Below, one piece after another: positions 1 through 13,330 of a stretch of 64,000 bases of DNA (position 1 is the first letter of the stretch; every line of letters begins with the position of its first letter). The notes below the pieces were generated by a model. That model saw only the letters and a program-made list of their open reading frames with translations, was not told where the DNA came from and ran no database searches. The stretch comes from Octopus sinensis (taxonomy: Eukaryota), in the NCBI RefSeq assembly GCF_006345805.1, contig NC_043000.1:14756001-14820000 (forward strand), read 5' to 3'. Position numbers and translations under genes: made by a program.

Positions 1-77
1 AGTCAATTCATTTGACTAAAAATTCAAGGCACTACCCCATCGTGGCTGCCGTCAAATGACTGAGACAAGTAAAAGAA

Positions 78-452
78 GCTTGCTTCCTAACTACATGGTA
101 CTGGATTCAGTCCCCCTATGTAGCACCAGGCTGACTGAAGCCTCATAAGTGGATTTAGTTGAGGGAAACTGAGAGAAGCCTGTTTGTGTGTAGGGTGGGG
201 GTGGGGGGAGAGTGCGTGTATACATTTTGCTGTCTCCTTGTCTTGACATCATGTAATAGTTGTAAATGAATGTCACTGTCATACAAACATTATCATTCCT
301 TTCTGATATTCTTTGAGAATATGTCTGGCCATAGGGAAACATTACCTTACTTAGAAACAGGGAAATGTTGGCAACAGGAAAAGCATCTGGCTGTAGAAAA
401 TCTGCCTCAAACTCCATGCAAGCACGGAAAGTAGACATGAAAGTAATGATAT
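78..452 (+). mobile_element. SINE family S5 (S1-like head, distinct body, S4-like tail)
   Basis: Second copy on the minus strand at about 60010-60350; tail ggaaaagcatctggctgtagaaa...ccatgcaagcacgg. Confidence 0.6.
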
Positions 453-3229
453 CAAAATCATTTAACCCATGCTAGCATGGAAAGCAGACGTTAAACAATG
501 ATGATGATGATGTATAAACACAAAGCTATTGCCAGCTGATAATGTGATTAATGAGTTTGTATGATTTGTGTTAGACTATTTAGTGAATGGCTCCATCATC
601 ATCATCCAATCATTTTTGCATCTAGAATTAATGCTTGTTTGCTACAAGTCTTTGAGATCTGACCACATAACCTTCCTTCAATCTTAGGTTACATTTACCC
701 CCCATGTACCAATATTTAATACAAGCTTCTTATCTTTTACTTGGCAACTGCATCTGTGTTGAGGAAACGATTAACAGTTCAGATTCCATGACATTTGAAA
801 TATTTTATCTTGTCCATTCCATGACTTCTGCTGAATTCTTGACCTCAACCACTGGGATGGGCTGGGTTAAAACTTAAGAATCAGCTATATGATCAACCAA
901 ATTTTCTTCTCTAACTTTACTACTTGTGTATGTATGTATTTATTTGTCTGTAGGTCTTGACCTGCTGACTGTTGTATGAGCACTAGTGTCTGGCATCTTA
1001 AAGCATGGGAGAGATGTGATTGTTTTGGCAATTATAGAAATGGATAGTACTTCTGATATTCTGCTTCAGTGTCTAGTATTTAAGTGCCTTTCAGAGAAAA
1101 TATGACAAGCATTTGGATCATGTTTCCTCCTATCCATGGATTTTTACAAACATTAACATTAGTCACATCAATCTTGGTAGTCTTGGAGAGATTATAAGCA
1201 CCTATCCTCTTCTTGTGGTTAAGTTATAAAAGAAAAACAATTAGAAGAGCTACAGAACACATCACTAAGTTATTAGCTTAAAGAAGGATTCTAGTTAAAG
1301 TTCACTCCATGTAACTAATTTAAGGATAGACATACTTTGTGCCTTTGGTGTTGGGAATTAATTCCCTCCACTGGAATGTTGTAATATTATTTGAGCAGGC
1401 TGAAGAGAAGATAATAAAGTGTTTGTGTATATAGCTTATATATATTTCCACAAGTTGTGTATGCTAATATGTGTATTGATGAGATATTAGACATTATAGA
1501 CAAGAGCAACCAACCAGACCCATTGGTAGCTGGTAGAATTATTGATTAAATCATGTATCTTCTCAAATGTAATGTATGAATTGTGTCTATTATTTTAAAT
1601 GTACTGTTTTATAAATCACCAGTCACTTTAGTGCCACCTTGTTCAGCATAGCAAGGTAGGTGTCCAGCCTTAATACAATTAGAAATGAAAATAACCCCAT
1701 GAACCTAAGTCAAAATGAAGAATGTGACAGAAATGGAGAAAACCCAGAGTAGTGGACATTATCGAAGTCCCAGCTTTGAATACATCGCATGCACACACAC
1801 AATACTAGAGAGTTTGTCGGGAAAAATTAGTTTCTACAGATGGAAGGTTTCATAGAATTTTCTCCATTATTAATTTTCTTTGCTTGTGTTTGCAGGTTAG
1901 AACTATCTTTTAGAAGCTACCTTGTATGTGTTTATTATTGTCCTAAAAATTAGAATATAGAATATGTAATTTCAACACTGCAGAGAATGATTTGATGGAA
2001 ACTTTAGCTGTCGTTTACGGTATCTTCTCTACACAACCAGGTCTCCACTTTCCAAACCTCTACTGTGTTACGCTTCACCCAGTTTTTACTCCCTGAAATT
2101 GCAACCCTCTAGAATTTCCTCCCCACCTATGTTCTTCCTGCACACATCACTCTTCAGATGTTGAAGCATAATGTCTATCTTACCAATCAATCTGGGAAGG
2201 CCTCTATTGATTATGGTCACTGCCCTGCTTTCATTGTCTATTATTAAGAAAGAAAAAAAGAAAGTAAAACTTGCAAAAGCTCATCTATCATATCCAACAG
2301 CAGCTGCAACAAGGAAATTTACCTTTTCTAAATTTCTTCTTACCATTTTATTTTTAGAAGTAATGCAAAAACCATTTTCTACTAGCTAAAATAATTCTTT
2401 CATTGATTTCTGATATAATTTTGATATTGTGCAAGGGCAGGAGATAAAATGGCATTTTTTCCATCTAGAAGAGACTGAGGGAGTGGGAGCAGGGGACATT
2501 CTTTCATTCTTTATATAGAAACTGGGTACATGTTCTGCCCCCTTCAAGCTGTTCATCAGCGAGAATAGTATTACATTTTCAGTTAGAGAAGGGAGCTGGA
2601 GTTATTTTTAGCTAAATGGTAGGTAAGGGCTTGGTGTTATGATTACTCTGTTATTTGATTACTTAGTTCCTGTTATTATGTTATAGTAGTTGCCTGTGTC
2701 TTATACCTGGTTAGCCCTAATACAGCAGATTTATAATCAAGACCATTCCACCAATGAATTTCCTTTTCTAAAACACTGCATCTAAGACTATCTAATGTGT
2801 CCTTTCATTTAAAAAAAAATGTGATTATTATAAGAAGATTAGATATCTTGTGTATTTTATATAAAGTTATAATAGTTATGACATGTTTTGTTGAATTTAT
2901 CGTTTCTGTGTAATCATATTTGTCTGTAAAATGGCAATGTGCACTCTGATATAGAATGTTATTGTAGGTAGTATTATCATTTGGTCAAGTGTTCTAATTT
3001 CTATATGTCTGTGGTACATATATATTTTCCCACAATATATTGTTGTTGTTTATAAAATATATTTATGTATCTCATATGATATCTATATAGTGATTCTTTC
3101 TTTATCATTATGTGAGTAGTGTAATATTTGTGTCTGTCATGTCACACCAGAACAGCAAATGTGTAGAAATTGTTTTGGTATATAGTGTAGAATTCCTTTG
3201 TTCTGAATTATATCAGTTACAGTGACTTC

Positions 3230-3640
3230 TCTTGTTAGGAGTATATCTGTACAGTAGCTGTTGCTGGAGTATGTCTGTGCTATAGAAGTGTATACGTACA
3301 GTAGTTGCTGTTGTCAGGAGTATGTCTATGCAGTAGCTACTATTGTTGGGAATACCATATTTACTCATGCTTAAGTTGCACTCCTAATTTAGTGTAAATC
3401 TTGGTACAAATTTTTTTCTCTTCATAGTTTTAGCTTTGCTCATGTAAAAGTTGTACACCAGTATTGTTTCAGTTAAAATCAAATGTAAAATAGTATGATT
3501 GTACACAATCTACTGTTTTGGGGAGTACATCTGTACTATAGCTGTATTTGTTGGGAGTATATCTGTGCAGTAGCTGTTGGTGTCAGGAGTATATCTGCAC
3601 AACAGCTGCTGCTGTTCATAGGATGTCAGTACAGTGTCTA
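3230..3640. repeat. Degenerate ~30-bp minisatellite (ggagtatatctgtacagtagctgttg...) in two blocks
   Basis: Repeated ggagta(t/c)(a/g)tctg motif at 3237-3350 and 3510-3640. Confidence 0.6.
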
Positions 3641-4199
3641 ATAGTGCAGTGGCCATATTACTGTAACCTGTATAATACCTCACAATACAATAATGCTAGC
3701 AGCTGAAGATGAACCAGTCAACCAGTGTATTGTTGTACCAACCAACTCAGTAGCCATAGTGATGTATGAAACAGGGCAGCAGCTGCCCTATTTAATGCCA
3801 GCAGGCAATGGAGTAGAAACTAAAGACTGTCAGTAGCAGCCACTAGTCACAGAACTACTTACATTCCCAGACATGATGACTTCACTAGTCTGAATAGTTA
3901 TCCTGCTGATATCACTGGCTATCTCATAGAATCTCCCATAGATGTGGTATATGTTTCCACATACACACGTTAGCCAGCCTTGCTCTGTCTGGTGTAATTA
4001 GTATCACTTTCGCAGCCTGATACTTGATGTGAGACCTGGCTTCTGTTTTCCTGTGCAAGGTTCAGCAGTGGATGCCAAGTTAATAACTAGTTTCACCTGG
4101 ATTTTTCAGAAATCTTGTTTCACACCACCTGTAAAAAAAAAAAATCTGTAGCGATGGTGGTGGTCATCATGGTGATGTTAGTAATGGTGGTACTACTAT

Positions 4200-4545
4200 T
4201 CTTTTATTTTTCCCTTGTTTCAGTTTTTGGACTGTGGCCATGCTGGGATACCACCCTGAAGTATTCAGTCTAACAAATTGATCCCAGTACTTCGTTTTTT
4301 AGAAATCTTGTACTCATTTGATTGGTCTCTTTTACTGAACTGCTAAGTTATGAGAACATGAACAAACCAACACCAAATGTCAAGCAGTGGTGGGGGTACA
4401 ATCACAAAGACACACACATACATATGATGGGCTTCCACACAGTTTACATCTACTAAATTCCTTCACAAAGAATTGGTTGGCCCAGGGTGAAAGTAGAAAA
4501 TATTTTCCCAAGGTGCCACACAGTTGGACTGAGCCACACAGTCAT
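4200..4545 (-). mobile_element. Old S1-like SINE
   Basis: Diverged match. Similar old copies lie at 8372-8700 (-), 9147-9527 (-), 10965-11560 (+), 15235-15480 (-), 17380-17750 (+), 18580-18810 (+) and 46555-46745 (-). Confidence 0.65.
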
Positions 4546-4612
4546 ATCTACACCTACTAGTGTGTTGCCCAAATTGAGAAGATATATGGAATTTAAGCAG
4601 TCAGTAAAATAA

Positions 4613-4922
4613 CTGGGTACTATTTGCAAATCCTGGGTACTATTTGCAGATCTTGGGTACTGTTTGCAAATCCTGGGTACTATTTGCAGATCCTGGGTAC
4701 TATTTGCAGATTCTGGGTACTATTTGCAAATCCTGGGTTCTATTTGCAGATCCTTGGTACTATTTGCAGATCCTTGGTACTATTTGCAGATCCTTGGTAC
4801 TATTTGCAGATCCCGGGTACTATTCGCAAATCCTGGGTACTATTTGCAGATCCTGGGTACTATTTGTAGATACTGGGTACTATTTGCAATTCCTGGGTAC
4901 TATTTGCAGATACTGGCTACTA
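4613..4922. repeat. 20-bp minisatellite (CTGGGTACTATTTGCAGATC), about 15.5 copies
   Basis: Contiguous units with scattered substitutions and no spacers. Confidence 0.97.
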
Positions 4923-6222
4923 GTTAATTGAGGATCACATGCCACACTCCAAAGAATACTCAATAGTTTATGGCTGTAGTGTGGCAGTTGGTATATGTTG
5001 TATTCTCTTCACCATCTATCTTGTTTATGTGAAGCCATTGTTGTTTTTAGTCCTGATTGAGCTGACCAATGTTCAATGGTAGTTCAGCCATAACCTTCTT
5101 TTATAGAATCATGTCAGTATACATTATCTAATGGATTCATCTCTTTCCCAAGACAGCTGGTTTTGATTTTAGGCTCCTAATTCTAGCACCAGAATGGGAA
5201 AGACAGATGCAGTTTTCTACACTTACATCTAGTGATGTACATCCTGAAACAGTATATGGAACTAATAAAGTTGATCCTCATGCTGGTTTTAATCAAGCCA
5301 ACCTATCATTGTTAGTCCAGCCAGGACCGTCTTCATTTTAAAAGTATAGTAGCTAGAACTATATTACGTAGTATGTCCTTCCCTATTTTTAAAGTAAATA
5401 TTGTACAGTTTGGGTAAGATGTAGCTGTTATTTCTAATGAGTTTATTGACAATAAAGAAATTTCCCTGTTTGGTCAGGCTATTGAGGAGGTTATTAATGT
5501 TGTTGCTATTTTTGTGTTTGTCAGGGGCTTTGAGCAATAGTATTAAGAGAGCATCATAGTAATGTTCTGAGTATTGGTGGAGTGATAACCCCAACATGTG
5601 TTAGGAGTTGTACTTGGTGCTGCAACATCCATTGTTCCTGCCCAGCTTGTCTTTAATTTTGGTTTCTGTTTTGTAGGTTGACTATAGTTGTTGTCTTGTA
5701 CAGCCTGTGATAATGTCAAGTACATTATTTTGTGATCTGAGATAGTGGCCTTTATTGAACTAGCTTAATCTATTTTTTTATTGGTGTTACGTATTTGTTG
5801 GCAAAATGGGGTGTCTCTGAGTGCTTTGTGTATCGTACTGTTTTCTTTATGTCTTCTGTGTCTTGGAAGACGTGTCACATTCATAATACTTGGTCTTTTT
5901 ATCTTTTGTCTGTCTGTTTTGTGTTTATACTGTTCAATGTTATGGTTGGTTGCATTTGATGCTCTTTAATAGTGATTATGGATAGTTATGGTGTGGTTGT
6001 GCAGCAGTTGTTTTTCAATAGAGGCCCATACTCTATATTGCACGATCTCCATGGAGTGGTTGGAGATCACACGGTCGTTAGCCTCAAATCGCCAGGTCTG
6101 GTTGGCGTTTGTGAGAGATGCAGCATTGAGGATGAATGAAGCCAGCTCAACCCACCTCGGGTGAATGCTGTCTCAAGTCAAGTCATACTCTATATATAAG
6201 GAGTATGGGCAGGGTGTGTGTG

Positions 6223-6263
<41 letters not shown>

Positions 6264-6737
6264 GAGTGGATAACAGGACAAATCTTTGCAGTGTTTTGTT
6301 CATGAATTATAGACAATTACAGATTCTACATAAACATTGTATTCCATGCCCATTCATCATTGTTTAATGTCTGTCTTCCTTGCTGGCATGGGTTGGATGG
6401 TGCAATAGGATCTGCTGAGCCAGTGGACTGCATCAACCTCCAATTGTCTGTTTTGACAGGGTTTCTATGACTGGATGCCCTTCCTAACAACAATCACTTT
6501 ACAGAGTGTACTGAGTACTTTTAACGTGACACTGGCACTAGTGAAGTCACCATGTAACTCACAAGACAAAGACCCTTCAACTGAGTTGGGGTGTAGCATT
6601 GAAGGAGCTGGCTTTATGTCAATGTTGAACGGTTAAAGTACAATATATATGCAGTATATTCTATGTTTCCCACAAGTGTGTTTGGAAGGGGTTCTTTGCA
6701 TATAGAATCATAAGCATGCTTTATTTGTTCACATCTG

Positions 6738-6910
6738 TTTAATAATAATAATAATGAAATTATTGTATACAGTGCTCAGGTGCACCACAACTTGCCAAAA
6801 GTGCGCATAAAGCATATGCAGTAATGTACAAATGTCTGGAAAGTGAACAGTGTATGAGTCAGATACATGCTTGCATGTGTATGGAGGGGACCTGAGTGTA
6901 TGCATACACA
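6738..6910 (-). mobile_element. CR1 3' UTR stub
   Basis: Matches 37325-37470 (gtgctcaggtgcaccacaacttg), with (AAT)n. Confidence 0.75.
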
Positions 6911-7265
6911 TTTTAAAATTGTTTAGTGAGAAGAAGATGGGTCACTCAGCCTTTGTGAGTGGTTACATACTGGCAGGTTGATATGGGTTAATGTTCGGCT
7001 TAACTGTGTTTATGGGGTTAAACTGCTGAGGGTTTGGTTTGTGGGAGAACGAACACAGCCAAGAGGGCAGAGCTGGTTGTATTAGACTAGATGGATCAAG
7101 TAAGTTTGCTTGAAGGTGACAAACAGCTTGTTGATTTAGAGAGGCAGAAATCATCATAGTAGTAGTAATAGAAGAGGCAGAGAATAGGGTATCTGTCGGC
7201 CAGGTTTTTGTAATACGTGGTGAGTTTTTATCAATCAGTTGGGTGGCCTTATTTTGGATATATAT

Positions 7266-7786
7266 ACTTTTTACTCTTTTACTCTTTTACTTGTTTCAGT
7301 CATATGACTGCGGCCATGCTGGAGCACCGCCTTTAGTCGAGCAAATCGACCCCGGGACTTATTCTTTGTAAGCCCAGTACTTATTCTATCGGTCTCTTTT
7401 GCCGAACCGCTAAGTTACAGGGACATAAACACACTAGCATCGGTTGTCAAGCAATACTAGGGGGACAAACACAGATGCACAAACACACACACGCATCGTA
7501 AAAAGCACCATCCGTTCGTGTCCATTGCCAGCCTTGCCGGTGGCACATAAAAAGCACCATCCATTCGTGGCCGTTTGCCAGCTCTGTCTGGCACCTGTGC
7601 GGGTGGCACGTAAAAAGCACCCACTACACTCACGGAGCGGTTGGCGTTAGGAAGGGCATCCAGCCGTAGAAACACTGCCAGATTTGACTGGGCCTGATGA
7701 AGCCTTCTGGCTTCACAGACCCCAGTCGAACCATCCAACCCATGCTAGCATGGAAAACGGACGCTAAACAATGATGATGATGATGA

Positions 7787-7832
<46 letters not shown>

Positions 7833-7994
7833 GACAGGCTTCTTTCAGTTTCCGTCTACCAAATCCACTCACAAGGCATTGGTCAGCCCGAGGCTATAGC
7901 AGAAGACACTTGCCCAAGATGCCACGCAGTGGGACTGAACCCGGAACCATGTGGTTGGTTAGCAAGCTACTTACCACACAGCCACTCCTGCACC
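7266..7994 (-). mobile_element. tRNA-derived SINE family S1 (CORE-like accttgggcaagtgtcttc, central microsatellite) with nested S4
   Basis: Head ggtgcaggagtggctgtgtggtaag; tail gactgaaacaagtaaaagagt; S4 inserted at 7497-7790. Confidence 0.85.
7497..7790 (+). mobile_element. Family S4 copy nested in SINE S1
   Basis: Shared 3' end with (GAT)n tail. Confidence 0.8.
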
Positions 7995-9764
7995 TATATA
8001 TGTGTGTGCTTAACAGTAGTACTGTTCCCAGATAGATATGTGAGCAGTACTTTAGTGTGGGTCTTTGTGTGCATTGTAAGAGTCAGCAGCTGATAAGGGT
8101 TGAATATTATTTCATAGCCGGAAGACAAAGCTTAGTCTTTGAAATGTTGTGTGTGTGTGGTTTCACAGAAATGTATATATATATATATATTAGTAGTTGT
8201 ATGTGGCTTGTAGTGAGCACTTAGTAAAGTAGGCGTGTATATAGTTTTAAATGTACTTTTTTTCCAAGTTTCATAATGGCTTTAGTGGTATCCAGGTAAA
8301 ATAGTCAGTCCATGGATGATGTAGAGGCCTTATATTGAAGTTGGACACACACGCACACACACAATCCTTTTTACCTTTTACTGTTTCAGTAATTGAACTG
8401 CTGCCATGCTGGGGCATCAGCTCAAAAATTTTGACACCCATATTTTTTTATAACTCTGGTACTTTATACTGTCAGTATCTTTTGCTAAACCATTAAGTTT
8501 GGGGGATGCAAATGAACCAACAATGGTGGCCAAACAGTGATGGGACAAACACAACAGAGCAGGCATTCACACTTTTATCTACCATGAGGCACTGGTCAGC
8601 TCAAGGTTTTAGTAAAAAAAAAACACTAGGTGCTATGTAGTGGGACTGAACTTGAAACCATATGGTTGCAAAGCAAGCTTCTTAACCACACAGCCATGCC
8701 TGATATGGTAACTATTTCTTACAGCTGGGTGAAGTAAGGGTTTCTAGTGTGCCCTAAAACAAAACAAAATACTTATAGCAGATTAGAATCCTGACCTCTG
8801 TGTAAATAGCTTGCTACTCGGTCATTACAGCAGCAGAAAGAAAACTGGATGACAATGACCTAAAATTGTGTAAAAATAACAAGAAATACAATCTGTTTCA
8901 GAAATGATATCCTAACTAGAGGGTGGCATTCTTAACAAAGATAAGAGGAAATTTTTGAGGAAGTTCCTGTTTGATGAAAGAATAAATGGGGAACTGGATA
9001 CAAAATCAATGATAGATCTTTATCTCGGGCATCTCTCGAGTGAAATTTAAACTCAAAGCTAAACAAATATAATTTTGGGTGAAATCTAGAAATAACATAA
9101 AGGCAAAATTTTATTGTAGAATTACATTGTAGCTTGATGTCTTTTATCCTTTACTTGTTTATCATTAGACTATAGCCATGCTGGGGTGCCACCCTGGAGA
9201 ATTTTCAGTTGAATGAATCGACCCCATACATAATATATTTTTTTAAAGATTGGTGTTTATTCTGTTGGCCTCTTTGGATGGAGCACTAAGGTACAAGGAC
9301 ATAAACATACCAACACCAGATGTTAAGTAGTGGGGTGGAGGACAACACAAAGATACACACACACATATATATGATGGGCTTCTTTCAGTTTCCGTCTACC
9401 AAATCCACTCACAAATTTGGTTCACCGAAGGCTATAGTAGGAGATACTTGCCCAAAGTGCTACACAGTAGGACTGAGCCTGGAACCATGTGGTTGGGAAG
9501 CAAATTTCATACCACACAGCCATGCCTGAACCTCATCATGTTTGACTTTTGAACTCTGCACAATTTTTTCTCTCTCCATTGTTTTTCATTCTCTCTCCAT
9601 TTTTTTGTCTTAATCCTTTCTGTTGAAGAGCATAGGCTCGAAATGTAAAGGCTCTTCCATTTTTCTTGAGTGTTAAACTAATATACCAGTTATTCCTGCA
9701 CTTGTCATCATCTTTTGGTTTCTGTAAATTTAAATGATATATATCATGCCTTTCCTCCCTTGGA

Positions 9765-10253
9765 CACAAAGACCTGTTGAGGCAAGTGAAGTCGATATCG
9801 AACCTCATCCGACGACAGGCACTCATGCCAACCCCCTTTGCTTGCGAAGACATGTTGGGGCAAGTGAAATCAAAATCGGAATCGAAATTGAACCAATCCT
9901 ATGATTGGCACCCGGCAGATGCCAGGACCCCTGGACTGGTGGTACGTAAAAAGCACTACCCGAATCGTGTCCGATGCCAGCGCCGCCTCGACTGGCTTCC
10001 GTGCCGGTGGCACGTAAAATGCACCAATCCGACCGTGGCCATTGTCAGCCTCGCCTGGCACCTGTGCGGGTGGCACGTAAAAAGCACCCACTACACTCAC
10101 GGAGTGGTTGGCATTAGGAAGGGCATCCAGCTGTAGAAACATTGCCAGATAAGACTGGAGCCTGGTGCAGCCTCCTGGCTTCCCAGATCCCGGTCAAACC
10201 GTCCAACCCATGCTAGCATGGAGAACGGACGTTAAACGATGATGATGATGATG

Positions 10254-10255
<2 letters not shown>
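9765..10255 (+). mobile_element. Family S4: 5'-truncated non-LTR retroelement 3' UTR with ~60-bp internal modules and (GAT)n tail (long copy)
   Basis: All copies share the 3' end (ggaagggcatccagc...ccatgctagcatgg...gttaaac(gat)n) and differ at the 5' end, the signature of TPRT truncation. LINE clade (RTE-like?) is inference. Confidence 0.8.
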
Positions 10256-10291
<36 letters not shown>

Positions 10292-11130
10292 TTCTAAAAC
10301 TTTTACAAGAAGTGGGTTGGCTATGACTTCAGAGTCACTGCCACCCTTCTACTTGTGAAAGTAATGTACTTGACAAAAATGCTTAATTGTTTTTATTATA
10401 ACTCAACATAAAAACATATTTGTATGTGTGTAAAACAGTTTTTTCTGCTTAAGAATAATGTTAATTTGTTTTTATCATAATTCAACATAAAAACAAACAT
10501 CAATATATATATATATGTTTGTGTGTATATATATATATACACACACACACACATACACACTCACACACACAAACAAACATGCATAAAACAGTTTTTGCTT
10601 AAGAAGGTCTATCTTTTATCAGAGCACATCTGAATCATGTATATGTGTGGGTACAGGCTTTAAGAATACAATTCATTGTGTGTTGAAATTACAAAACCCA
10701 CATGATATAAACATTACAGCTGGTCGTGTCTGATGTTATGTGAGTCTACATTCAGCTATGTATAAAACTTGCTCATTCATACTAATATAGAAAAAGAACA
10801 AAGAGAGAAAACTGTGATATTATTAATATATTAATAACACTTTATAGTTGGACTCCTGTTATTCTCCGCCCATATTTCTCTTTGGACATGTGTTAAAAAT
10901 ATGAGTCGGAACATTATCTAAAACCAGTTTTAAAGTTTCTCTTGAAGTAAAATTAGGAAAGGCACAAGCATGGTTGTGTGGTTATAAAGCTTGCTTTGCA
11001 ACTGCATGGTTTGGGGTTCAGTTCCACTGTGCAGTACCTTGGGTAGGTGTCTTCTATTATAACCATAGGCCAGCCAACACTTTGTGAATGAATTTAGTAA
11101 ATGGAAACTGTGTAGAAGTTCAAATTTATA

Positions 11131-11181
<51 letters not shown>

Positions 11182-11629
11182 CGGGTTGTGTTTGTATTTT
11201 TGGGTCCGTGTTTTATCCCCACTCTCCTATTTGGTAGCCAAATGTCAGTTTATCTTTTATATTTTACTGGTTTCAACCATTAGAATGTGGCCATGCTGGG
11301 GCACCAGATTGAAGAATTTTTATTGAATGAATCAACCTCAGTACTTTATTATAAGAAAATAATCCTAGTACTTATTCTATTGGTCTCTTTTGCCAAACTG
11401 CCAAGTTATGGCGATGTACATGTAATGTAAGGAGTTCAGCTGAAGAGACTGATGGAATAAGTACCAGAATTTAAAAGTTAAGTACTTCAGTCAATCTGAT
11501 TGAGTAAAATCCTTCAAGGTGATACCCCAGCATAGCCATAGTTCAATAGTAGATAAAGGCAAATGCTGTAAATTTTTGTGTACGGTTTAGTGCAGTTAAT
11601 GTTGAGTGGAAGTAGCTAAGTAAAATTCA

Positions 11630-12070
11630 AATGGGCCATATCAAGCCCAAATATTCCACCTGTTTTAAGTTCAAACTGACAAGATCTGGCTTCCCACACC
11701 TACCCTACAATGTCATTCTAGGAATATACTATCACATCATTGAAATCTCAAATCTAAAAGATAAGGCTTGGTTTATTGAAAACAATGTGATTAATTGAAA
11801 ACAAGGTGAATATTTGACAGTAATCTAAATACTAAAAGGTCAAAGTCTTAGGACCAACCTAAAGGTTGACGACCTTGAATATGTGGTTACTTGGGTCAGT
11901 TTTACTTTACAGCTGTTGGCCAATGATATAGTTATCGACTTGCTGTCTTCAGCAATAAGACTTGAAACATCTGTTTCTATTAATCCTTTAGCATTTAAAC
12001 TAGCCATACACAATCACATCATAGAAATTTTGAATCTATGAGATAATGCATGATTAATTCAAAACATGTC
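11630..12070. mobile_element. Fragments of the same piggyBac-like MITE family
   Basis: ccatatcaagcccaaatattccacctgtttt is the reverse complement of 19527-19565; a second start taatcctttagcatttaaactagccata lies near 11980. Confidence 0.45.
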
Positions 12071-13330
12071 TGATAAGAGTGATGTTATTGTATCTCCTCT
12101 GGGAAGACCAGCCTGCCTTTCAGGCCCACTTGCGTCTCCCAATCTGAAGTTGGATTCAAAATAGAATTGGATTTCAGTATTTCATCTTCCAGAAATAATA
12201 CATTTAGTTGACATCTTCGCTCTTAACCATCTAGCACTGTGGAACTAGAGTTAAGCATCTCTTAGAAACCTTTTGAGCTTTCTAGGAACGTATAGATTTT
12301 TATCTTCACTTAGTATTTATACAATGAATAAATCATAAATCAATCAAAACATCTTCATTTATAAGTGAAGCTTTGTAATTAGCAACGTGACTATTAAGAT
12401 AACAGATAACTATACTGCTTTTATCTATTATTTTTTTCCTTTGTAATGGAAAATGTTTATTTTGTATTTTCATGAGTGAGCTAGATTTGTAAATTTAGAC
12501 AATTTCTTGGATTGTCAGCACTAGATGTTTTTATGGACGAGTGAAATTACAATAACAAAATAAGCTTTGGTTCACCAAAGCATGTTATGCTGTGTCTTAC
12601 CTAAAACATAATGAAGCTACCTTTGCTCATTCTTCAACTTGCTCTCTTGGACAATTAGTTAAGTACTTTAAGCAATCTGCCACAACTACTGATACCATAT
12701 GGCCAACCATTAGGAATTATGAGCCAAAAGACCTGGTTCTCTTCTCATTAGATTTCATCATTTAAAGGCTGTGTTGATGTGTTTCATAGTTTGATATTTC
12801 TCTGGATAATTTGCAGTCATCAAATACATCCATACAATTACAAGAAAAGGCAAGTATATTCAGAAACACATTTACTTTTGCACATGTAGGTTGGTAAAAA
12901 AGCCTAACTTACTATCTTCAGTTCAGTTTTCATACCTATTTCTTTACTACCCACAAGGGGCTAAACACAGAGAGGACAGACAATTTAAAGGGAATTTTTT
13001 ACATGTCACTGGCACAGGTGCCTGTTATGTGATACCAGCATGTGAATATATTCATAGATGTTCACAATGCATACCTTACACATGCACAAAATATACATAT
13101 TTATATTTGTATGTATATATGGTTATCTTTTTGAAGCTTTAATTTGATCATGTATGCTTACATTAGGATATTCAGCATTTCAGGGTTAATAAAATGAGTA
13201 CTAGTTGAGCATTGGGGTCAAATAAATTAACTTGCCCCTCCTTCAAAATTGCTGGTCTTGCACCAAAATTTGAAAGCAATATTAGGAATTTATGAGTGAG
13301 CTGGCAAAATCATTAGCAAGTCAAGCGAAA

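Noticed and set aside
3693-3836. 47-codon sORF MLAAEDEPVNQCIVVPT...
   Set aside because: No recognisable homology or splice context, and the length is within chance expectation.
4613-4922. CRISPR-like array, or real proteins from ORFs 4624/4644/4664
   Set aside because: Units are contiguous with no unique spacers, there are no cas genes, and the context is eukaryotic. The ORFs arise because the 20-bp unit has no plus-strand stop.
5364-5760. Possible LINE endonuclease remnant on the minus strand (ISDHKI motif); possible LINE ORF2 remnant at 6960-7260
   Set aside because: Only single short motifs amid many stops; too degraded to call without an HMM search.
7444-10142. Recurrent ORFs such as FLRLDALPNANHSVSVVGAFYVPPA and WHVKSTHYTHGVVG (also 17147, 20182, 23755, 28157, 32155, 54087, 61423)
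   Set aside because: They are translations of the S4 repeat 3' UTR, frame-inconsistent between copies, with no domain motifs.
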